Source of the DNA: an uncultured delta proteobacterium
GTDB taxonomy: Bacteria > Desulfobacterota > Desulfobacteria > Desulfobacterales > CAVQMW01
DNA: 64,000 bases
Direction of reading: 5' to 3'
NCBI GenBank assembly: GCA_963713755.1
Contig: CAVQMW010000002.1
Span: 15,637 to 79,636 of the forward strand
In this document: in pieces, positions 18,260-26,689 of the stretch
Position numbering within the stretch: position 1 is the stretch's first letter
How the letters are laid out: each line of letters begins with the position of its first letter
Notes under the pieces: generated by a model
Databases searched by the model: none
What the model was told of the DNA's origin: nothing
Seen by the model: the letters and a program-made list of their open reading frames with translations, nothing else
Program-made: the position numbers and the translations under genes

Positions 18260-20983
18260 CTAAAATGCCGCTTCTATGTTTTCTGTTTTTCCAGATTCAA
18301 TGATAACGCCCTTAAACTCTTTGGTTGTTTTATCAGTAAAGTCCTCGACTTTCACATCATAGACGCCCGGTAGCAGCCCGAAGATTGCAGCCTGATCCTT
18401 GCCGGTGTCTTTGCTGGCCAGATAGCTTTGCTCTCCCTGGGGGTAGATCCAGACATGTGTTCGAAAGGGCGCGCCGCCTTTCAAGGCGGTAACGCTCAAG
18501 GTGCCCTCTTGGGTAAACTCGGCGATCTTTTCAATCTTCTCTCCGGCCTTGATCTCCACGCCCTTGAAATTGACTTCGGGCTTATCGGGCAGGGAAAAGT
18601 CCTCGACTTTCACATCATAGACGCCCGGTAGCAGCCCGAAGATTGCAGCCTGATCCTTGCCGGTGTCTTTGCTGGCCAGATAGCTTTGCTCTCCCTGGGG
18701 GTAGATCCAGACATGTGTTCGAAAGGGCGCGCCGCCTTTCAAGGCGGTAACGCTCAAGGTGCCCTCTTTGGTAAACTCGGCGATCTTTTCAATCTTCTCT
18801 CCGGCCTTGATCTCCACGCCCTTGAAATTGACTTCGGGCTTATCGGGCAGGGAAAAGTCCTCGACTTTCACATCATAGACGCCCGGTAGCAGCCCGAAGA
18901 TTGCAGCCTGATCCTTGCCGGTGTCTTTGCTGGCCAGATAGCTTTGCTCTCCCTGGGGGTAGATCCAGACATGTGTTCGAAAGGGCGCGCCGCCTTTCAA
19001 GGCGGTAACGCTCAAGGTGCCCTCTTTGGTAAACTCGGCGATCTTTTCAATCTTCTCTCCGGCCTTGATCTCCACGCCCTTGAAATTGACTTCGGGCTTA
19101 TCGGGCAGGGAAAAGTCCTCGACTTTCACATCATAGACGCCCGGTAGCAGCCCGAAGATTGCAGCCTGATCCTTGCCGGTGTCTTTGCTGGCCAGATAGC
19201 TTTGCTCTCCCTGGGGGTAGATCCAGACATGTGTTCGAAAGGGCGCGCCGCCTTTCAAGGCGGTAACGCTCAAGGTGCCCTCTTGGGTAAACTCGGCGAT
19301 CTTTTCAATCTTCTCTCCGGCCTTGATCTCCACGCCCTTGAAATTGACTTCGGGCTTATCGGGCAGGGAAAAGTCCTCGACTTTCACATCATAGACGCCC
19401 GGTAGCAGCCCGAAGATTGCAGCCTGATCCTTGCCGGTGTCTTTGCTGGCCAGATAGCTTTGCTCTCCCTGGGGGTAGATCCAGACATGTGTTCGAAAGG
19501 GCGCGCCGCCTTTCAAGGCGGTAACGCTCAAGGTGCCCTCTTGGGTAAACTCGGCGATCTTTTCAATCTTCTCTCCGGCCTTGATCTCCACGCCCTTGAA
19601 ATTGACTTCGGGCTTATCGGGCAGGGAAAAGTCCTCGACTTTCACATCATAGACGCCCGGTAGCAGCCCGAAGATTGCAGCCTGATCCTTGCCGGTGTCT
19701 TTGCTGGCCAGATAGCTTTGCTCTCCCTGGGGGTAGATCCAGACATGTGTTCGAAAGGGCGCGCCGCCTTTCAAGGCGGTAACGCTCAAGGTGCCCTCTT
19801 GGGTAAACTCGGCGATCTTTTCAATCTTCTCTCCGGCCTTGATCTCCACGCCCTTGAAATTGACTTCGGGCTTATCGGGCAGGGAAAGGTCCACAACCTG
19901 GATGTCGTAAAACCCAGGCAGCAGAATAAAGGCAGCCGGTTGATCTGCGTTTGTGTCGCCGTAGGCCAGCCGATCGGTTTCCCCCTGGCGAAACACCGTG
20001 ACCCGGGCGTTTACCGGCTCCCCATTTTTTAAGGCAACTACCTCCAGAGCGCTTGCTGAAAATTCCGCCGATTTGACCACGGTCTGCCCGGTCTCGATTT
20101 CTAAATCCGTAAAAGTGACAGTGGGCCGATCCGGTACTCCGCTATCGGTCACTTGAACCGTGTACACACCCGGTTTGAGCCGCAGAGTCGCCGGCTGATT
20201 CATGTTCGTCGATGTGGTCCCCTGGGTGATCCTCTCTCCGCTATCCTGCGCGCGGATAATGATATCGGCGGCAATGGGCTTGCCGTTGCGCAAGGCGCTG
20301 ACCTCAAGAAAGCCCAGGGTTTGGGTTTCCTTGACCACCTTCTTGGCCGCCAAGCGAAATTCCCCGGCATTTTTGGCCGTGTAATACATCCCGCCGCCGG
20401 CCTCGGCAATGCACTCAAGCTGGCTACGCTCCTCATCGGTGACATCAAACCCGATGACATGCATGACAAATTTGACGCCGCTCTGCCTGAGCTCTTTGAC
20501 CAGGGTACAGGGGTCGCCCTCACAGGTCTCCTTGCCGTCGGAAACCAGAATAATCGTGGTTTCATCCTCCAGGGCCTTGAGTTTTTCGGCCGTGATTTGA
20601 ATGGAGTGGGTAATGGGTGTTTTGCCCTTGGGATTGAGAGCCTTGATCTTTGTAATCAACAGTTCTTTATCAAATGCGCCCAAGGGAACCAATTGTTCCA
20701 CATCCTGGCAATCGCCCTTGCGCCGGTGTCCATAGGCCACCAGGCCCACCTGGGTATCCGAGGGCAGTTCGTGGATAAGGTCGGTTAAGACCTCCTTGGC
20801 GATCACGATTTTGGCCGTTCCCTCGACCTGGCCCCACATGCTGCCCGAGGCATCCAGAATAAAGACCAGATTGTTCTGGCTTGCTTGGGCTTTCGGAATT
20901 GCGGCAAAACACAGCAGAACAAATGTTAGAATGCAAAAAATCCTTAAGCATTCACCGGTTCGACTCCTGTTGTTGGTTTTCAT
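18260..20983 (-). CDS. secreted von Willebrand factor A domain protein with about 9 tandem beta-sandwich (PEGA/CarboxypepD_reg-like) repeats
   Basis: Has a signal peptide, then a vWA MIDAS motif (LVFILDASGSMWG .. ILVSDGKETC). Two or three diverged repeats follow, then six near-identical 86-aa repeats (..LPGVYDVKVEDFSLPDKPEVNFKGVEIKAGEKIEKIAEF..). Confidence 0.85.
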   Translation of the reverse strand: MKTNNRSRTGECLRIFCILTFVLLCFAAIPKAQASQNNLVFILDASGSMWGQVEGTAKIVIAKEVLTDLIHELPSDTQVGLVAYGHRRKGDCQDVEQLVPLGAFDKELLITKIKALNPKGKTPITHSIQITAEKLKALEDETTIILVSDGKETCEGDPCTLVKELRQSGVKFVMHVIGFDVTDEERSQLECIAEAGGGMYYTAKNAGEFRLAAKKVVKETQTLGFLEVSALRNGKPIAADIIIRAQDSGERITQGTTSTNMNQPATLRLKPGVYTVQVTDSGVPDRPTVTFTDLEIETGQTVVKSAEFSASALEVVALKNGEPVNARVTVFRQGETDRLAYGDTNADQPAAFILLPGFYDIQVVDLSLPDKPEVNFKGVEIKAGEKIEKIAEFTQEGTLSVTALKGGAPFRTHVWIYPQGEQSYLASKDTGKDQAAIFGLLPGVYDVKVEDFSLPDKPEVNFKGVEIKAGEKIEKIAEFTQEGTLSVTALKGGAPFRTHVWIYPQGEQSYLASKDTGKDQAAIFGLLPGVYDVKVEDFSLPDKPEVNFKGVEIKAGEKIEKIAEFTQEGTLSVTALKGGAPFRTHVWIYPQGEQSYLASKDTGKDQAAIFGLLPGVYDVKVEDFSLPDKPEVNFKGVEIKAGEKIEKIAEFTKEGTLSVTALKGGAPFRTHVWIYPQGEQSYLASKDTGKDQAAIFGLLPGVYDVKVEDFSLPDKPEVNFKGVEIKAGEKIEKIAEFTKEGTLSVTALKGGAPFRTHVWIYPQGEQSYLASKDTGKDQAAIFGLLPGVYDVKVEDFSLPDKPEVNFKGVEIKAGEKIEKIAEFTQEGTLSVTALKGGAPFRTHVWIYPQGEQSYLASKDTGKDQAAIFGLLPGVYDVKVEDFTDKTTKEFKGVIIESGKTENIEAAF
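18338..19888. repeat. tandem repeat, 258-bp unit x 6.0, near-identical
   Basis: The GTCCTCGACTTTCACATCATAGACGCCCGG register recurs at 18341, 18599, 18857, 19115, 19373 and 19631. The six mirror-strand 67-aa ORFs, at 18428, 18686, 18944, 19202, 19460 and 19718, are identical over their aligned 67 aa except for one L/F difference. That difference corresponds to Q/K in the real protein. Confidence 0.95.
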
Positions 20984-21504
20984 GACACACCTCTGAAGGA
21001 AAACAGTGATAGGAAAAGCACTTAGAGATCGATCGAGACTTCTCTAAAAATTTCGAAAACGGTGTGAATTGGGGGTGCAGGTTTAACTATCCAAGAGATC
21101 AGCTTTTGCGCTGCTTTCAGCGTAAGAGTGAAATCAACGGCAGGTGAGATGGAAATTTGAGGGGATAAGCAGACACTATGCAACACATATTTTCCTATTT
21201 CTCTATGCTCAAAAAAACAAGAAATTGTCAATGTATTTGGTGAATTCTGCCACAATGTGGGCCTAAGAAACACTCGGTGCTATATTCTGGAGAGCTATTT
21301 AAAACCCCACCAATCTTGCCGCGTCTCATGAGCCTGAAATTATCGCTATGCATTCGTCTCCGTATGGGGTGTAGTTGCAATCTGGCTACTCTTGTTGCCG
21401 CCTGATAATTCAACCACCTCAGGGCGGAGATTGCAGCGGGCTACGAAACATAGTAATACCCTCACGATATTGGATGAATCCGAATTGCAAATGGGAGGAT
21501 CGGC

Positions 21505-22155
21505 ATGTTTAATCCGGAAAAGCTGTTAGGCGGCCTGTTGGGGCAAAGTTCGGGGGTTTCCCGGGGTTGGGGCACCAAGGCCACGGTAGGACTGGGCCTG
21601 CTGGGCGTGGCCATGGAGGCCGCGGAACATTTCATGAACAAATCCCAGGCAGCGGCAGGCCCGGGCGCTCCCCCGCCCCCACCCCCGGGCGCTGGAGCCC
21701 CTCCGCCGATCCCTCAATCCGTTGCACCCGGGGGTGCGCCTCCTCCGCCTCCCGGCGCTGCATCCCCGTCGCCGTCCGTTGCCGGGGAACCGGCGCTCCA
21801 AGCCCGGGATGCGGTGCTCTTGATCCGGGCCATGATTGCCGCGGCCCATGCTGACGGCCACATGGACGCCCAGGAGCGGGAGACCATTCTGGGTAAGCTG
21901 GAGAAATTGAATTTGAGCGCCGAAGAGCGGGGATTCATCGGCAACGAGCTTTTGTCGCCCGCCTCCCTGGAGAGCATTGTCAGTCAGGCCGGCACCCCCG
22001 AGATGGCCCGGCAGGTCTATGCCGTATCCCTGATGGCTATCACCGTGGACAGCGAAGCCGAACGCCGGTATCTGGAGCTGTTGGCCCAAAAGCTGGGATT
22101 AGCTCCGGAGCAGGCCGCGGAGATTCAACGCAAGCTGGGACAACCGCCCCAATGA
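21505..22155 (+). CDS. DUF533/TerB-like (tellurite-resistance TerB fold) protein with Pro-rich linker
   Basis: The N-terminus reads LLGGLLGQ. It is followed by a poly-Pro/Ala linker. The C-terminus reads LLIRAMIAAAHADGHMDAQERETIL..MARQVYAVSLMAITVDSEAERRYLELLAQKLGL, which is typical of DUF533/YebE-like proteins. Confidence 0.7.
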   Translation: MFNPEKLLGGLLGQSSGVSRGWGTKATVGLGLLGVAMEAAEHFMNKSQAAAGPGAPPPPPPGAGAPPPIPQSVAPGGAPPPPPGAASPSPSVAGEPALQARDAVLLIRAMIAAAHADGHMDAQERETILGKLEKLNLSAEERGFIGNELLSPASLESIVSQAGTPEMARQVYAVSLMAITVDSEAERRYLELLAQKLGLAPEQAAEIQRKLGQPPQ

Positions 22156-22266
22156 TTCATTCGGCAGCCTGCCGTCTTGATCTTCGCAAAATTCAAATCA
22201 TCTTAAGCCGCAAAGAATGGCAAAGTTTATTCGGTAATTATCGATATTTGGATAAGGAGTCGCCCC

Positions 22267-23253
22267 ATGAGTCAGTGGTATATCAGTTACGACGGAAATC
22301 AGATCGGACCCTTGAGCACCTCCGAGGCCATGGCCCAGGCTGCCCAAAACCCCAATGGCCATGCCTGGCGGGAAGGGTTCGCCCAATGGCTGCCTATTGG
22401 TCAGGTGGCGGAGTTGGGACCGGGCGCTAAGCCGGTTGCGGCGCCGCCCCCCATGGCCGCCCGGGGCGCGGATGAAATCGACTTTAAGATCATGGGCGCC
22501 GAGATGCAGTTCGTGGAGGTGGAGCTTGATCCGGGCGAGAGCGCCGTGGCCGAGGCGGGCGCCATGATGTACAAGGACAGCAGCATTGAGATGGAGACCA
22601 TTTTCGGCGACGGCTCTCCCTCCAGTGGCGGCGGCGGTTTCATGGACAAACTAATGGGTGCCGGCAAGCGGGTGCTCACCGGCGAGAGCCTATTTATGAC
22701 CGTCTTCACCCACACCGGCCAGGGCAAGGCCCACGTGGCTTTCGGCGCGCCCTACCCGGGTAATATTATTCCCGTGACCCTCACCCATGTCGGCGGCCAG
22801 CTGATCTGCCAGAAAGACAGCTTCCTGTGTGCCGCCAAGGGCGTCTCTATCGGCGTTTACCTGCAGCGCAAGATCCTCACCGGGCTTTTCGGCGGCGAGG
22901 GCTTTATCATGCAGAAGCTGGAGGGTGACGGAATCTGTTTTCTGCACGCCGGGGGAACCGTGGTGGAGCGCCAAATGGAGGCCGGCGAAGTCCTGCACGT
23001 CGATACCGGTTGCGTGGTTGCCTTTGAACCGTCGGTGAAGTTCGATATCCAACAGGCCGGGGGCATCAAAACCAGCCTCTTCGGCGGCGAGGGGCTTTTC
23101 TTTGCGGTGCTGCAAGGCCCGGGCCGGGTTTGGCTTCAATCCCTGCCCTTCTCCCGCTTGGCCGGCCGCATGCTGGCGGCCCGCCGTCCCGGAGGCGCCA
23201 AGGGCGAGGGCTCCATACTCGGCCCCTTGGGGGATCTGCTGGACGGGCGCTAA
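22267..23253 (+). CDS. GYF_2 domain + TIGR00266/AIM24 family protein
   Basis: The N-terminal WYISYDGNQIGPLS...GHAWREGFAQWLPI is the GYF_2 (DUF4339) pattern. The remainder (EMQFVEVELDPGESAVAEAGAMMY..FGGEGFIMQKLEGDG..FGGEGLFFAVLQGPGRVWLQSLP) is the AIM24/DUF124 pattern. Confidence 0.75.
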   Translation: MSQWYISYDGNQIGPLSTSEAMAQAAQNPNGHAWREGFAQWLPIGQVAELGPGAKPVAAPPPMAARGADEIDFKIMGAEMQFVEVELDPGESAVAEAGAMMYKDSSIEMETIFGDGSPSSGGGGFMDKLMGAGKRVLTGESLFMTVFTHTGQGKAHVAFGAPYPGNIIPVTLTHVGGQLICQKDSFLCAAKGVSIGVYLQRKILTGLFGGEGFIMQKLEGDGICFLHAGGTVVERQMEAGEVLHVDTGCVVAFEPSVKFDIQQAGGIKTSLFGGEGLFFAVLQGPGRVWLQSLPFSRLAGRMLAARRPGGAKGEGSILGPLGDLLDGR

Positions 23254-23409
23254 TTGCCATTGTAGGTGAAACCGGCAGGATTGAGTGTTCCGGATAAAAG
23301 GTTTATTATGCAGCGGCGGTTTTTTACCTGTCCGCCCAGGCCACCGCTTAAACTCCACGGATTCAGGCCCGTGCCGGGTGGGGAAATACATAAGCATTGA
23401 AGGATTGGA

Positions 23410-24258
23410 ATGAAGGATATTTACTTTAACGATGGCCGCTATGTCCCGGAAGATGAGTGCTTGATCTCCGTCAATGACCTGGTGGTTTTACGGGGTTACG
23501 GGGTGTTTGATTTTCTGGTCACTTACAACGGCTGCCCCTTTCACCTGGAGGAGCATGTGGCGCGGCTGGAGAATTCGGCCCGCCATGTACGCCTGAAGCT
23601 CAACTACTCCCTGGATGAGATCATGGAGATCGTGGCTCAGACCGTCAGACGCAACCCCCATCACCAGGAGTCAATGATCCGGATCATCCACACCGGGGGC
23701 ATCAGTGCCAACGGGGTCACCCCCGAGGGTAATGGCATTCTGCTGGTTATGGTGAGCCCCAAGAATCACTGGCCGGCCGAGTGGTACCGCGACGGGGCCA
23801 AGGTGGTAACCAACCGCATCGAACGGGTGCTGCCCGATGCCAAGAGCACCAACTACCTGTCGGCGGTGTATGCCATGGAGGCGGCCCACGCCCAGGGGGC
23901 CATCGAATCGATCTATGTGGATCGAAACCAGCGGGTATTGGAAGGCACCACCAGCAATATCTTCTTCTTCAAAAACGGACGCTTGATTACCGGCGACCAG
24001 GATATTCTGCCCGGCGTGACCCGCAAAGTGGTGCTGGAGCTTCTTCAGGATCGGTTCGAGCTCGATCTGCGGGATGTGCAAATGGAGGAGATCAAGGCCA
24101 TGGATGAGGTGTTTATCACCTCTTCCACCAAAGAGGTGGTGCCCATTGTCCAGGTGGACCGGGCCACCGTGGGAAGTGGCCGCCCTGGTCCCCTGACCCG
24201 CAAGGTGATGGAGATCTTCCACGGCTACACCGCCCAGTACGGCCAGGGAACGGCCTAA
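23410..24258 (+). CDS. class IV (fold type IV) aminotransferase, D-amino-acid or branched-chain type
   Basis: Reads RGYGVFDF, a PLP-lysine context PDAKSTNYLSAV, EGTTSNIFFFKNG and ILPGVTR. The stop TAA abuts the ATG of alr. Confidence 0.85.
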   Translation: MKDIYFNDGRYVPEDECLISVNDLVVLRGYGVFDFLVTYNGCPFHLEEHVARLENSARHVRLKLNYSLDEIMEIVAQTVRRNPHHQESMIRIIHTGGISANGVTPEGNGILLVMVSPKNHWPAEWYRDGAKVVTNRIERVLPDAKSTNYLSAVYAMEAAHAQGAIESIYVDRNQRVLEGTTSNIFFFKNGRLITGDQDILPGVTRKVVLELLQDRFELDLRDVQMEEIKAMDEVFITSSTKEVVPIVQVDRATVGSGRPGPLTRKVMEIFHGYTAQYGQGTA

Positions 24259-25425
24259 ATGGCCCCGGCAGAGGCGGTAACCTGGGCGGAAGTCGATCTG
24301 CAAGCGCTGGCCCACAATGTCCGCGAACTGAGACGAGTCGCCAATCCCCAGGCGGCGCTGATGGCCGTGGTCAAGGCCAATGGTTACGGCCACGGGGCCC
24401 TGGAAGTCGCCCGAGTGGCCCTGGCCCAGGGGGCGCGTTATTTGGCCGTGGCCCGTTTTGATGAGGCCTTCAATCTGCGTAAGGCCGGGATCGAGGCTCC
24501 GCTCCTGCTCTTTGGCGCAACCTTGCCCGACCAGGTGGATTACCTCTGCCGCCACGATATCCGCGCCGCGGTGAACTCCCTGGCGGGGGCGCGGCAGCTT
24601 TCCGTCGCGGCCGCGGCCCGTAACCGGACTCTAAAGGTTCACCTCAAGATCGACACCGGCATGGGCCGCCTGGGGCTTTGGGCCGAGGGGCTGGCCGGTA
24701 CGCCGGGCAACGATTCCTCCGAGGGCGCTTCAATGGAAACCATTGGGACCATTGCCGTCCTGCCCGGATTGGAGCTAGAGGGTATTTTCACCCATTTTGC
24801 CAATGCCGACTCCCGGAACACGGCTCACACCCGGGGGCAGTTTGCGCTCTTCGAGCAATTGCTCGCCCAACTGGCCGCCCACGGCATTCAGATTTCGCTG
24901 CGCCACGCGGCCAATAGCGCGGCCCTGCTGGCCATGCCCGAGACCCATCTTAATCTGGTGCGCCCCGGCATCGCCCTCTACGGCTTGTGGCCTTCCGAAG
25001 AGATGAAGCGCCACTCCATAGATCTGCGGCCGGCCCTGACCCTCAAATCCACGGTGATCCAGGTCAAGTCGGTGGATCGCGGTTTTGCCGTGAGCTACGG
25101 CAGCACCCACGTCACTTCCCGCCCCACGCGCATCGCCACCATCCCCATCGGATATGCCGACGGCTACAGCCGGCGATTATCCGCCCAGGGGCATATGTTG
25201 GTGCGCGGGGTGCGCGCCCCCATTTTAGGGCGGGTCTGCATGGACCTGACCCTCATCGATGTGGGCCGCATTCCCGATGTCTCACCCGGAGATGAGGTGG
25301 TGCTGATCGGTCGCCAGGGCGCGGAAGAGATCAGCGCCGATGAGATCGCCCGCCGCCTGGCAACCATCAACTACGAAGTGGTCTCCGCTCTGACGGCCCG
25401 GATACCCCGGGTTTACCGCAATTAG
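24259..25425 (+). CDS. alr: alanine racemase
   Basis: Has the PLP-lysine motif AVVKANGYGHG, plus THFANAD, RPGIALYG, SYG and GRVCMD blocks. Confidence 0.9.
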   Translation: MAPAEAVTWAEVDLQALAHNVRELRRVANPQAALMAVVKANGYGHGALEVARVALAQGARYLAVARFDEAFNLRKAGIEAPLLLFGATLPDQVDYLCRHDIRAAVNSLAGARQLSVAAAARNRTLKVHLKIDTGMGRLGLWAEGLAGTPGNDSSEGASMETIGTIAVLPGLELEGIFTHFANADSRNTAHTRGQFALFEQLLAQLAAHGIQISLRHAANSAALLAMPETHLNLVRPGIALYGLWPSEEMKRHSIDLRPALTLKSTVIQVKSVDRGFAVSYGSTHVTSRPTRIATIPIGYADGYSRRLSAQGHMLVRGVRAPILGRVCMDLTLIDVGRIPDVSPGDEVVLIGRQGAEEISADEIARRLATINYEVVSALTARIPRVYRN

Positions 25426-25432
25426 GCCGCTA

Positions 25433-26677
25433 ATGACCCTGCAATCCAACCATCCTGGGATCGATTGGCAGGCGGGCAGTTGGCAGGCCGCAGATCCGGC
25501 CCCATCCGCCGCCGAGATCGTGATCGCAGGAGATTGGGCGCCCATCCGTCGCTTTGCCCCGCTCATGGACCAAACTCCGACGGCGGTGTACGGGGATCTG
25601 CTGCCGGAACTGCGGGCAGGCGACCTGCGGATTGTCAACCTGGAGTGCCCCTTGAGCACTGCCGGCGCACCCCTGGTCAAAAGCGGAACCGTTCTCAGGG
25701 GCGACCCCGGCCAGGTGCGGGGGTTGACGACGGTGCCCTTCGAGGTGGCGGCCCTGGCCAACAACCACAGCTTCGATTACGGCAGTCAGGCCTTCCGCCA
25801 GACCCGCGAGCTGCTCCATGAACATCGCATTAGAACCGTGGGCGCCGGAATGAACGCCGCCGAAGCCGCAGAACCCCTCATCGTCAGCGTCAATAGACTG
25901 AAAATCGGGATTATCAATTTCAGTGAAGGCGAGGACCTCACCGCGGCCGAAGGGGAGCGGCCGGGGGTCATGGGCTGGGCGATTGAGCGCCTGGCGGCCA
26001 TCATCCAAAAACTGCGCGCCAAGGTTCAGGGCGTGGTGGTGATCTGCCATGGCGGCCTGGAGTATCTCCCCTTTCCGCCGCCCTATGTGGCCGCGGCCCT
26101 GCAGCGCCTGGCGGATGCCGGGGCCGACCTGATCATCGGCCACCATCCCCATGTTCCCCAGGGCATCGAGATCCACGGCGGGGTGCCCATCTGCTACAGT
26201 TTGGGCAACTTCGTGTTCTACCAGCCCACCGATCTGCTCTTTCGCAAGCTCGGCTATCTGGTCCGCGCGGGGTTCAACTCCCGGGGCCTGGCGCGGTTGC
26301 AGGTGCTGCCCTATGAAATCGCTTCCCAAGGGCTTCGCCTGCTGAAGGATCACCCCAGGGCCTGGGCCTTCAAACAGCTCCAGGAGATCTCCGCTCCCCT
26401 GGCACGTCCGGAGGGCATCCGCCAGGCCTGGAACGGATTTTTAGCTTACAACGGCGTCGAAGGATTTCGCGGCGAGGTGGCCAAAATCATGGATCAGCTG
26501 ACCCGGGACCCGGCCAAGGGTGCCGCCATGTTCCGTAATCGGCTCACCACGCTCCAGCACCGCCACCACTGGCTGGACACCCTGACCCGCCTCATGGAGC
26601 ACAAGTTGGACGAAGCCCCCCCCTGGGCCAGAAGCTGGGCCGAGGAGTACTTTACCCGCAAGCAGTGGCCGGTGTAG
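25433..26677 (+). CDS. CapA-family (PGA_cap) metallophosphoesterase-like protein
   Basis: Reads NLECPLS, LANNHSFDYG, GHHPHVPQGIE and YSLGNFVF, which are the CapA family blocks. No N-terminal signal or TM segment is obvious. Confidence 0.8.
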   Translation: MTLQSNHPGIDWQAGSWQAADPAPSAAEIVIAGDWAPIRRFAPLMDQTPTAVYGDLLPELRAGDLRIVNLECPLSTAGAPLVKSGTVLRGDPGQVRGLTTVPFEVAALANNHSFDYGSQAFRQTRELLHEHRIRTVGAGMNAAEAAEPLIVSVNRLKIGIINFSEGEDLTAAEGERPGVMGWAIERLAAIIQKLRAKVQGVVVICHGGLEYLPFPPPYVAAALQRLADAGADLIIGHHPHVPQGIEIHGGVPICYSLGNFVFYQPTDLLFRKLGYLVRAGFNSRGLARLQVLPYEIASQGLRLLKDHPRAWAFKQLQEISAPLARPEGIRQAWNGFLAYNGVEGFRGEVAKIMDQLTRDPAKGAAMFRNRLTTLQHRHHWLDTLTRLMEHKLDEAPPWARSWAEEYFTRKQWPV

Positions 26678-26689
26678 AAATGAGCCGCC

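Noticed and set aside
18338-19888. Possible CRISPR-like array because of regularly spaced identical sequence
   Set aside because: The units are contiguous 258-bp repeats with no unique spacers. They lie wholly inside a continuous 907-aa reading frame, and no cas genes are present.
18428-20032. Series of six plus-strand ORFs (five of 67 aa and one of 104 aa with the same first 58 aa) at a 258-bp period
   Set aside because: They are the antisense reading of the tandem repeats inside the vWA gene. Their periodicity only reflects the repeat, and they are not independent genes.
21022-21413. Small minus-strand ORFs (83 and 61 aa) in the AT-rich intergenic region upstream of the vWA operon
   Set aside because: They have no RBS context or motifs, and they sit in a probable promoter region. 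I treat them as non-coding.
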